Below, in pieces: positions 28,620 to 37,072 of a stretch of 64,000 nt of DNA (its first letter is position 1; each line of letters begins with the position of its first letter). Source of the DNA: Limisphaerales bacterium (GTDB lineage: Bacteria > Verrucomicrobiota > Verrucomicrobiia > Limisphaerales > JAJOIW01); the NCBI GenBank assembly GCA_965657355.1, contig CBFHOE010000004.1, positions 6,072-70,071 on the forward strand, written 5' to 3'. The notes beneath the pieces were generated by a model that made no database searches, was not told where the DNA came from, and saw only the letters and a program-made list of their open reading frames with translations. The translations under genes were made by a program, and so were the position numbers.

Positions 28620-31600
28620 ATGAAGATGATTATTATTGTTCTTATTAAAATTAAAACGTTTCTATCCATGATGATCAGATGTTACATATTTCTTGTCTTA
28701 CTTATTTCTAACTTTTCCAATGTTGTAGGTGACCAAATAAGATTTGAGGAAGGTCAGTCGATAGTATTTCTAGGAGACACTTTCGTGGAACGTGCCCAGG
28801 AGTTCGGGCATTTAGAAGCCACATTTTCTTCCGCATTTCCTTCAAAGAATATCAAATTTAGAAACCTTGGATGGAGTGCAGACACAGTGAGGGGGCTCTC
28901 GCGTGCTGGATTTGATCATTTAAAAGCGAGGCCAGGCTGGGATCATTTGCTGAATGCCCTTAAGGATTCCGATCCTGATTGGGTTGTAATGGGTTATGGT
29001 ATGGCAGAATCCTTCCAAGGACCGGAAAATACCGATTCCTTCACTCAGGGATATAAGGAACTTATAAAAGAGATCAAGGGCATCTCACCGGAAAAACCTG
29101 TTCATTTTATTTTTCTTTCGCCCATAGCGCATGAGAAAATTCCCGGGCCGCTCCCTAATCCTCAGAAGCACAATCAAGACCTCAAAGTCTACACGGAAAT
29201 TATCGCCGATATTGCCAGTGAAAATAATTCCCGCTTCATTAATCTTTTTAACTTTACCCGAAGATACAAAGGGGCCAGACAACTAACTGATAATGGCATT
29301 CATCTTAATGGCTATGGCTACAGTTACGTTAGCGATTACATCGGTCGCCAGCTACGGTTCAAATCATCCACTCAAGTGCTTAGGGTTCCAAGAACAGGCG
29401 AAGCTGTATCAAGGTCTGCGCTGCCAGCGCACAAGGTAAAAGTGCGAGGACATGCTGGTTTAGAGGATCAAATAAAATACATACTAAGAATGAATGGCGA
29501 AGCTGTAGCATTGGCATCTGGTGAAAGATGGAAATCTGGCGTCGACGTCAAGATGGGAAAGCTAAGTGATTCCTATGAGAAGCTAACAAATCAAATTAAG
29601 GCAAAAAATAAATTGTTCTTCTATCGCTGGCGTCCTCAAAACAATACTTACCTTTTTCTCTTCAGGAAACACGAGCAAGGCCAAAATGCTAGAGAAATTC
29701 CAATGTTCGACCCACTCATCGAGGAAAAAGAATCACTAATCCTCCAATCAAAAATGCCGCAGGACATTCTTGTAGAATTCGAGCCTACAAGCCGTGACTC
29801 ATTAATGGTAAAGTCAAAAGCGGAATCTTTTTCAGGAGTGCGCGCCGATTCTAAAGTTCCTGGATTTGAAAAACCTACTCAGGAGCTTCCTCGATTTACT
29901 CACTCGGATGAGATTGAGGTGAAGTTATTTGCTACGAACCCTTACCTCGCCAAACCAATTCACATGAACTTTGATTCTGATGGTCGTCTATGGATTGCTA
30001 GTTCAGAGGTTTATCCACAAATAGAACCGGGACAAAAAGCTAATGATAAGATAATTGTAATCGAGGACACAAACAAAGACGGCATCGCCGATGAATCCAG
30101 AATATTTGCTGATGGATTGCTAATTCCCACTGGGGTTGTCGCTGGAGATGGTGGGGTTTATGTCGGTCAATCCACAGAGCTGCTTCACTTTAAAGATACG
30201 GACGGAGACGGGGTGGCAGACAAGAAAAAAGTCATTTTGTCAGGATTTGGCACGGAAGATACGCATCATATTTTACACTCATTAAGATGGGGGCCAGACG
30301 GACTTCTCTACATGAACCAGTCCATTTATATCCATACTCATTTAGAAACACCGCATGGAGTAGTAAGGCTTAATAGTGGTGGAATACTCTATTTAAGGCC
30401 ATCTACGATGAAAGCGGGAGTTTATGTCAAAGGGTTTTGTAATCCATGGGGACACCACTTTGACAGGTATGGTCAAAGCTTTGTTACTGATGGAGCAGGA
30501 TCTCAAGGTCTCAGTCTCGCCGTTCCGGGGGCGATGTATTTTACCTATGCCGGTGGTCAAAGGCAGATGCCGAGTGTTAGCCCGGGTAGATATCCAAAAT
30601 TCTGCGGTCTGGAACTGATTCAAAGTCCATTATTTCCAGAATCCTGGCAGGGAGATGCTATTACTTGTGATTTTCGTGCCCATAAAATAGTGAGATTTAA
30701 AATATCTGAGAGCAATTCGGCATACACAACGACTCAACAGCCGAATATACTGAGCACGACTGATGTTAGTTTTAGGCCGATTGACGTCAAATTCGGTCCG
30801 GATGGAGCGCTATATGTAGCTGATTGGTCTAATCCTATAATCCAGCATGGTGAAGTCGATTTCAGGGACCCTAGGCGAGATCATATCAATGGTAGAATTT
30901 GGCGTGTTTCTTTTAAAAATAAAAAGATTCCGCATGTCGCTAATCTCAATGAACAACCGACTTCTAAGTTGTTAACCAATCTTAAATCCGACTTAGGATT
31001 TGAAAGAGAAAAGTCAAGGCGTGTTCTCACTGAGAGAGGGACTTCCATTTTACCGGATTTGCGAGAGTGGGTCATTGAAATTGCAGATAGCGATGACAGA
31101 TCGAGATTAGAAGCACTATGGATGTTCCAGTCAATAGATATTGTGGAAGCCAAGTTGCTTGCTCAGCTAATAAAATCCAATGACCATAGAATTCGAGCGG
31201 GAGCATACCGAGTGGCCTATCATTGGGCTGATAGGTTGCCTAATTATTTAAATTGGAAAGTCGGATTGAATGATCCACACCCCAGAGTCAGGATGGAGTG
31301 CCTGCGTATTTTAGGAAAAAATCCTGAGCCTACTGACATGGAAGCGGCCTTGGCTGTGCTCAACAAACCTATGGATCGATATTTGGACTATGCATTATGG
31401 CTGACGGTCAATGAGTTAGCTGATTCTTGGGCCAATTCGATTAATGAAAGCGGCACAGAGTTGGAATCCTCACAAATTGCTTATGCTTTAAAAGCCTTGC
31501 CCGACAACAAAGCTGGTAAAGTCTTGAGCAAGGTTCTTGAAAAAACTGAATTTCCCAAAGATGGCAGTGGTCCGTGGCTTGAGATTATCGGACAGGCGGG

Positions 31601-33215
31601 AACTCAAAATGAAATCGATATGGTTTATGCAAAGCTCCTCGAGAATTATTTCAATTTAAAAGGGCAAGCTCAGAGTTTGAAAGCACTACGAGCTGCCGCA
31701 TCACAAAACAAAGTCAAACCTTCAGGTGCAAACCTCAGTCCACTAAAGCAGTATCTCCAAAGCGAAAATGCCAACGTTCGAAAAGAGGCTATCCAACTTG
31801 CAGGGCAATGGAAAAATATTCAGGATGCTTTCCCCATACTTGCATCCATACCCAACGCTAAGACAAGCCCCAGGGAAGAGGCTATATTGGCTATCCAGGC
31901 GCTTGCCCAAATCGGAGGCTCAGGAGCATTTGATGTATTGTCCACAGTTGCATCATCAGATCAAGCTGCTCAAGTGCGCATTGAAGCCGTTAGGTTTTTA
32001 GCACAAATGAATGTGGAGAAGGCATGGGCGCCAGCTTTGCGATTGTTGAACGAAGAAATAAGTGAAAATGAAAAACTTTCAATTTGGAGATCTTTTTTGA
32101 GGGTAAAGGGCGCTGCTGAAAAGCTTGAGCCACTCGTTCGATTGTCCTCGATTAATCCCAAAAGTGCAGAACTTGGAGTAAGGGTTTCTAAGGAGGGGGG
32201 GAGAAGCCTGCCAGCTCTTGTTATTGCGATGACAAAAGCCGGAGAACTGAAAAGTGCCAAAAAGCTCACTCCTGACGATTTAAAGTATTTGGCTACAAGT
32301 GCTGCCAAAAATGGAAATCCGGACAATGGCGAGGAGATTTATCGAAGGGCCCAGTTGGCTTGTGTGACCTGTCATGCAATTGGTGGAGCTGGAGGAGTCC
32401 TCGGACCAGATCTAACTTCAATAGGTGCCAGTGCTCCTATCGACTACTTGGTTGAATCTCTGTTTTTGCCTAATGCCAAAATTAAAGAGGGTTACCACGC
32501 TGTTAATGTTGATACTATAGCCGAGGTAACCTATTCAGGGACGCTTGTAAGAGAGGACGAAAACAATCTTTGGATAAGAGATGCCAGCTCAAAAGTAGTC
32601 AGCATCTCAAAGGACGAAATAGTATCAAGGGAATTAGCCGATTACTCATTAATGCCTATTGGGCTTATAGATCGTTTAGGCATCCAAGAACAGATTGACC
32701 TGGTGGCCTTTCTTTCAAAACTTGGTAAAGAGAAAAAATTTGATGGAGCCAAATCTGATAGAGCTAGGAAATGGTTTCTTTATCCAGCGACAATAGATGC
32801 AGCTCAATTCGGGGCTGAACGTGTTTTGAAGACTGATTTGAATTCGGATTCTCGTAGAGGTGGGTGGCGTTCATTCTACTCCAATGTGGATGGGCGATTA
32901 ATGCAATCATCTCTTGAGTCTCGGCTGAGAGACGTTGAATCCCGATTCCCTAACAAACTCTTTGCTGCTGTCAGATTCGAATCAGCAACTTCTGATACTG
33001 TTACCTTTAACCTGGATGGTTTTCAAAGCGATGGGGGCGAAGTTTGGTTAGATAAGAAACCAGTCAAATGGAATTCAAAATCTCCAAAAATCAACATTAA
33101 GCCGGGGGTGGGGGAGCACACTCTTATCGTGAGTCTGCCAGTTTCCGAATCGGAGACTCTACCAGAATTTATAAGAATAAGCTGTGAAAAAGTAACTTTC
33201 CTTGCCGAGGAATAG
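28620..33215 (+). CDS. SGNH-hydrolase-like domain fused to a PVC-type membrane-bound dehydrogenase / HEAT-repeat / c-type heme protein
   Basis: IVFLGDTF, RNLGWSADT, DNGIHLN; beta-propeller (EDTNKDG, GFGTEDTHH, FRPIDVKFGPDGALYVADW); HEAT repeats; CVTCH at 32361-32375 then GPDLT. Confidence 0.85.
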   Translation: MKMIIIVLIKIKTFLSMMIRCYIFLVLLISNFSNVVGDQIRFEEGQSIVFLGDTFVERAQEFGHLEATFSSAFPSKNIKFRNLGWSADTVRGLSRAGFDHLKARPGWDHLLNALKDSDPDWVVMGYGMAESFQGPENTDSFTQGYKELIKEIKGISPEKPVHFIFLSPIAHEKIPGPLPNPQKHNQDLKVYTEIIADIASENNSRFINLFNFTRRYKGARQLTDNGIHLNGYGYSYVSDYIGRQLRFKSSTQVLRVPRTGEAVSRSALPAHKVKVRGHAGLEDQIKYILRMNGEAVALASGERWKSGVDVKMGKLSDSYEKLTNQIKAKNKLFFYRWRPQNNTYLFLFRKHEQGQNAREIPMFDPLIEEKESLILQSKMPQDILVEFEPTSRDSLMVKSKAESFSGVRADSKVPGFEKPTQELPRFTHSDEIEVKLFATNPYLAKPIHMNFDSDGRLWIASSEVYPQIEPGQKANDKIIVIEDTNKDGIADESRIFADGLLIPTGVVAGDGGVYVGQSTELLHFKDTDGDGVADKKKVILSGFGTEDTHHILHSLRWGPDGLLYMNQSIYIHTHLETPHGVVRLNSGGILYLRPSTMKAGVYVKGFCNPWGHHFDRYGQSFVTDGAGSQGLSLAVPGAMYFTYAGGQRQMPSVSPGRYPKFCGLELIQSPLFPESWQGDAITCDFRAHKIVRFKISESNSAYTTTQQPNILSTTDVSFRPIDVKFGPDGALYVADWSNPIIQHGEVDFRDPRRDHINGRIWRVSFKNKKIPHVANLNEQPTSKLLTNLKSDLGFEREKSRRVLTERGTSILPDLREWVIEIADSDDRSRLEALWMFQSIDIVEAKLLAQLIKSNDHRIRAGAYRVAYHWADRLPNYLNWKVGLNDPHPRVRMECLRILGKNPEPTDMEAALAVLNKPMDRYLDYALWLTVNELADSWANSINESGTELESSQIAYALKALPDNKAGKVLSKVLEKTEFPKDGSGPWLEIIGQAGTQNEIDMVYAKLLENYFNLKGQAQSLKALRAAASQNKVKPSGANLSPLKQYLQSENANVRKEAIQLAGQWKNIQDAFPILASIPNAKTSPREEAILAIQALAQIGGSGAFDVLSTVASSDQAAQVRIEAVRFLAQMNVEKAWAPALRLLNEEISENEKLSIWRSFLRVKGAAEKLEPLVRLSSINPKSAELGVRVSKEGGRSLPALVIAMTKAGELKSAKKLTPDDLKYLATSAAKNGNPDNGEEIYRRAQLACVTCHAIGGAGGVLGPDLTSIGASAPIDYLVESLFLPNAKIKEGYHAVNVDTIAEVTYSGTLVREDENNLWIRDASSKVVSISKDEIVSRELADYSLMPIGLIDRLGIQEQIDLVAFLSKLGKEKKFDGAKSDRARKWFLYPATIDAAQFGAERVLKTDLNSDSRRGGWRSFYSNVDGRLMQSSLESRLRDVESRFPNKLFAAVRFESATSDTVTFNLDGFQSDGGEVWLDKKPVKWNSKSPKINIKPGVGEHTLIVSLPVSESETLPEFIRISCEKVTFLAEE

Positions 33216-33236
33216 TCGAAGAAATCAACGATTTAG

Positions 33237-33863
33237 TTACTCAATAACTGTTCTATTATCTAAGGCACTTTGAAGAGTCAGGCCGTCGGTGAATTCTAAA
33301 GCCGAACCCGCAGGCATCCCTGAAGCTAACCGCGTTAGGCGAAGACCTTTATGGAAATTTTCGCATGCTTTGATTTGTTGAGTGAGGTAATAAATAGTTG
33401 CCTCACTTTCCAAATCACTAGCTAGTCCGAAAATTATTTCCGTGGGCTTCTGTTTCTCGATCCTTGTTATCAATGGCTCAATGAGGAGATCCTCGGGGTC
33501 CACTCCTGATGTTGGGGAAATTTTTCCTCCAAGTGCGTGGAATGATCCATCAAATGCTTTGAATTTTTCGAGAGAAAAGATGTCAGTCGGTTTTTCTACT
33601 ATGCAGATGATGCTGGCATCTTTTGATTCCGTAGAATCGGCACAATTTCCACATTCCTGGTCGATAGAAAAGCATCCACAGGTGCCGCAGACATCAATTT
33701 GTTCCGCATTTTTGACGAGCGCATTTGAAAAATCCTGAACTGTTGACAAAGGCCAATGGAGAAACTCCAAGGCGATACGCTCGGCAGATCTAGGGCCGAT
33801 TCCAGGTAACTGGCCGAATGCTTGTATCAGATTTGATAGTGGTTGTGGAAATCGATTTCCCAT
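33237..33863 (-). CDS. recR: Recombination mediator RecR
   Basis: LPGIGPRSAER HhH, C4 zinc finger, ICIVE Toprim, TRLASG; follows dnaX-ybaB. Confidence 0.95.
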   Translation of the reverse strand: MGNRFPQPLSNLIQAFGQLPGIGPRSAERIALEFLHWPLSTVQDFSNALVKNAEQIDVCGTCGCFSIDQECGNCADSTESKDASIICIVEKPTDIFSLEKFKAFDGSFHALGGKISPTSGVDPEDLLIEPLITRIEKQKPTEIIFGLASDLESEATIYYLTQQIKACENFHKGLRLTRLASGMPAGSALEFTDGLTLQSALDNRTVIE

Positions 33864-33934
33864 GAGTAATTCCGGCCCGTAACAAAAATAAACTACGACG
33901 ACACAATGGGAGAATCTTGAATGACAATAGGTTT

Positions 33935-34249
33935 TTACATCAACCCGGGCAGTGACATGCCCGATGTGAGTTTGCCCATTTCTTCATTCGAGATTTCTTT
34001 TGTTTTTTCTATGGCTGAATTAATTGCTGACACAACGAGATCTTGCAGCATTTCAACATCATCGGGATCCACAGAATCTGGGTCAATTTTTATGGCTGTA
34101 ACTTTACTTGAATCGCAAGTCATGGAAATTGTTACAGCACCTCCCCCAGAGGATACTTCAATTGTCTTCTCTGCTAATTCAGCCTGCTTTTGCTCCATCT
34201 GCCGCTGGATTTTGGCGGCCTGTTTCATTAATTTACCTACTCCTGCCAT
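33935..34249 (-). CDS. ybaB: YbaB/EbfC nucleoid-associated protein
   Basis: SGGGAV, DVEMLQDLVVSAIN; between dnaX and recR. Confidence 0.93.
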   Translation of the reverse strand: MAGVGKLMKQAAKIQRQMEQKQAELAEKTIEVSSGGGAVTISMTCDSSKVTAIKIDPDSVDPDDVEMLQDLVVSAINSAIEKTKEISNEEMGKLTSGMSLPGLM

Positions 34250-34266
34250 AACGTTTCTTTAGTATA

Positions 34267-36060
34267 TTACTCTTTTGGGATCTGAACATCAACGATTTGC
34301 CCTTTGAAAATTTCAAGAGCTTTTTGGATCATTGGGTCCGATTTAAATTTTTCCGGATCCATTTTAACCGGCTGCACCGGTTGCGCCTCCTGACTTTCCT
34401 CTTCCTCAAATGAGGTATTGCCTGAATCGGTTTTTTCTCCTTTTGAAACTTTTTTAATGACGGTTTCTCGAGTTGGCTCTGTTTGCGTGACCTTTTCAGG
34501 CTCTATACCTTCAGGGTGCTGTTCTTCTTTTAACTCAATATCCACGTCTCCAAATCCTAAACCCCGCACAGCGTCTTTCAGAATTTTTATATATTTGGGT
34601 GAATTTATGACCACAATTTGCCCGGAAATGCTTGGGTCAAATCCTATGACTAATTTTTGATTGTCGAACCGGCTCAGGTGCGCCTGACTTAGAGATACTT
34701 CCAATATGCCACTGGCCTCACTCACTTTTGAGAGTAACACTTTCCAATCCAGATCTGAATTGTCCGACCGACTGGTATGGTTTGTTTTGTCCTCTTTTTT
34801 GGGGGCTCCAATGGGATCTTTAGATGGCCTCTTGTTTAGCGGAGGAGTTTTTTTTTCTTGCAAATTGTTGGCTCCAACAACTTCGGCTTCCTGCGACTTA
34901 ACCTTAACCTCAACAGGTTCCCCAGATTGCAATGACTCTAGTTTCTGAATGACTTCATTGATATCAGTCGAATAAGCCGACTCGACTACTTGCATTAAAC
35001 AAAGCTCCATGGCGATCTTTTTTGAACTAAACGTCTTGAGCCTGGATTCAAATTCAGAGAAGGATTCTAAGATTCTTCCCAGCTGAAAAGGTGTGGCGAG
35101 TTGCTCTTGTTGCTTGATAGCGTCCGATTCTGCTTCAGAAACTTTTAGCAGCGAAATATCACCACCACTCACGGAGTATACAAGAAGGTTTCTGAAGTGA
35201 TTCAGCAAATCGCCTATTAGCCTTGATAAATCCTTACCGCTGCTGACCAGAGTATCTAGCAGTATCAAAGCAGACTTAATATCTTTCATCAGCAGGGAAT
35301 GTGCTAGATCTATGATTTGCTGCCGGCTTGTTAGGCCAAACATACCTAAAACATCCTCCTCTGTTACCTTGTCTCCACAGAAGCTGATAAGCTGATCAAG
35401 GGTTGATTCTGCGTCTCTCATGCCACCATCAGCGCTTCGCGAGATGGCATCCAAAGCCTTGTTTTCAATTTCAATACCCTCATTTGTGGCGATTTTTTTT
35501 AACTGAGCGGCAATCTTTTCCGTCGGAATGGAAGATAAATCGAATCTTTGGCAGCGAGATAGGATGGTTGACAAGATTTTTTCAGGCTCCGTTGTAGCAA
35601 ACATGAATTTGACATGTTCAGGCGGCTCCTCAAGTGTCTTGAGTAGCGCATTAAATGCCTGCGTTGAGAGCATGTGGACTTCATCAATAATATATATTTT
35701 GAATCGAGCGACGTTTGGGGTGTATTGGACGGTGTCTCGTAAGTCACGGATTTGCTCAACTCCGTTGTTGCTGGCTCCATCGATCTCGATGACATCCAGG
35801 CTTGTGCCTTCTGCGATGTCACAGGCTATGGGGTCGTCGTCTGCAAAATCAGCCCTGGGGCCATCTTGGCAATTAAGGGCTTTGGCAAAGATTCTGGCTA
35901 GCGTTGTTTTCCCGGTCCCTCTGGGGCCAGCAAATAAATACGCATGAGCTATTCGCCCGCTTTGGATTGCATTCCGCAGGGTTTGAATCACATGCTCTTG
36001 TCCGACCACATCACTAAATTTTTGTGGTCTGTATTTACGTGCGATGACCTGATAACCCAT
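34267..36060 (-). CDS. dnaX: DNA polymerase III subunit gamma/tau
   Basis: ARKYRPQ, GPRGTGKTT, EIDGASN, IIDEVHML, NALLKTLEEPP, SRCQ, GGMRDA. Confidence 0.97.
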   Translation of the reverse strand: MGYQVIARKYRPQKFSDVVGQEHVIQTLRNAIQSGRIAHAYLFAGPRGTGKTTLARIFAKALNCQDGPRADFADDDPIACDIAEGTSLDVIEIDGASNNGVEQIRDLRDTVQYTPNVARFKIYIIDEVHMLSTQAFNALLKTLEEPPEHVKFMFATTEPEKILSTILSRCQRFDLSSIPTEKIAAQLKKIATNEGIEIENKALDAISRSADGGMRDAESTLDQLISFCGDKVTEEDVLGMFGLTSRQQIIDLAHSLLMKDIKSALILLDTLVSSGKDLSRLIGDLLNHFRNLLVYSVSGGDISLLKVSEAESDAIKQQEQLATPFQLGRILESFSEFESRLKTFSSKKIAMELCLMQVVESAYSTDINEVIQKLESLQSGEPVEVKVKSQEAEVVGANNLQEKKTPPLNKRPSKDPIGAPKKEDKTNHTSRSDNSDLDWKVLLSKVSEASGILEVSLSQAHLSRFDNQKLVIGFDPSISGQIVVINSPKYIKILKDAVRGLGFGDVDIELKEEQHPEGIEPEKVTQTEPTRETVIKKVSKGEKTDSGNTSFEEEESQEAQPVQPVKMDPEKFKSDPMIQKALEIFKGQIVDVQIPKE

Positions 36061-36131
36061 ATGACCGAATTATACCAGAAGGCTTTCGGTTTGGACAATC
36101 GCACAATGTTGAGGAAGATGAAAAAATTAAA

Positions 36132-36226
36132 GGTCCAGGGAATCTGCGGCAATACAAAGCAAAGTACCGTTGCTGCCGTCAAGCCCTGGCGGGATTCCTA
36201 AGTCCGTAGTCCACAGCCCCTGGACC
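36132..36226 (-). ncRNA. ffs: Signal recognition particle (4.5S) RNA
   Basis: About 95-nt rod closed by GGTCCAGGG/CCCTGGACC; helix-8 signature CCGCCAGG-GCT-TGAC-GGC-AGCAACGG; T-rich tail; directly upstream of dnaX-ybaB-recR. Confidence 0.9.
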
Positions 36227-36442
36227 CATAAAGCTTTCAAATGGATGCTCTGATGACAAGTTTTATTTCTCAAAAAGACTCCACTAATTCTTATCTGCTC
36301 AAAAATTTATCAAGGTTTATGTTGTGAATGAGTTCCTATTCATTGGATTTGAGGTTTATTTTTGGACCAAAACAATGAATTGAATCCATAAAATCCAAAA
36401 AATAGGCTTTTCATCTCATATTTCCTGAATTAATTGTGCTTC

Positions 36443-36973
36443 ATGACCAATTACGATTGGGTTGACACCTTCAAATCTGTTTACGACTCTGGACATGAAA
36501 AATACATGGCTGGGGAAAAATTTCCTGATGCAATGTTCAATGAGGATCAGGTGAAATTTCTTCATTCCATTGGAGCAACGGGGCAGGAGATTTTTGATTT
36601 TATCGAAGATAACATTTTATCTGGTGGAGACCCCTCATTTGAAACGGTGATTCTTATAACTTCGGCAAGAAGAGACTATTTTCTCAGCCAACAAAGAGGC
36701 CAACATTCAAACCAAACAGTCAGTATCGATGATTTACCCGCAAAAACCGAAAGCGTTGACGGGATTGAATGGCTTCCACGGATTATAGAAAAGGCAAAAG
36801 CCAAACTTCGAGGAGAGATGCCTGACGAGCTCATGTATGGCTGCGGTGGGGATAGACCATTTTGTAAAAAACATAATCTTCATTTGGCTGATTTCCTGAG
36901 AGTAGTCTGGATGTCTGGTGGCAATAATGATCTCATTATTCAATATGTGAAATCGCAGTCCGATTTGGCATAA
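36443..36973 (+). CDS. DUF5069-like protein
   Basis: GIEWLPRIIEKAKAKLRGE..YGCGGD motif. Confidence 0.7.
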   Translation: MTNYDWVDTFKSVYDSGHEKYMAGEKFPDAMFNEDQVKFLHSIGATGQEIFDFIEDNILSGGDPSFETVILITSARRDYFLSQQRGQHSNQTVSIDDLPAKTESVDGIEWLPRIIEKAKAKLRGEMPDELMYGCGGDRPFCKKHNLHLADFLRVVWMSGGNNDLIIQYVKSQSDLA

Positions 36974-37005
36974 AAACCATTCCAAGAAAAAACGGAATTT
37001 AATGG

Positions 37006-37043
37006 AAAAAGCCCGCTACCAATATAGGTTGCGGGCTTTTTTT
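37006..37043. terminator. Bidirectional Rho-independent terminator
   Basis: A5-GCCCGC...GCGGGC-T7 between convergent genes. Confidence 0.88.
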
Positions 37044-37072
37044 CTAATGAGCGAAATTCTCTGTGTAAAAAC

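Noticed and set aside
30011..30019. DnaA box TTATCCACA
   Set aside because: Single copy inside a coding sequence; no cluster suggesting oriC.
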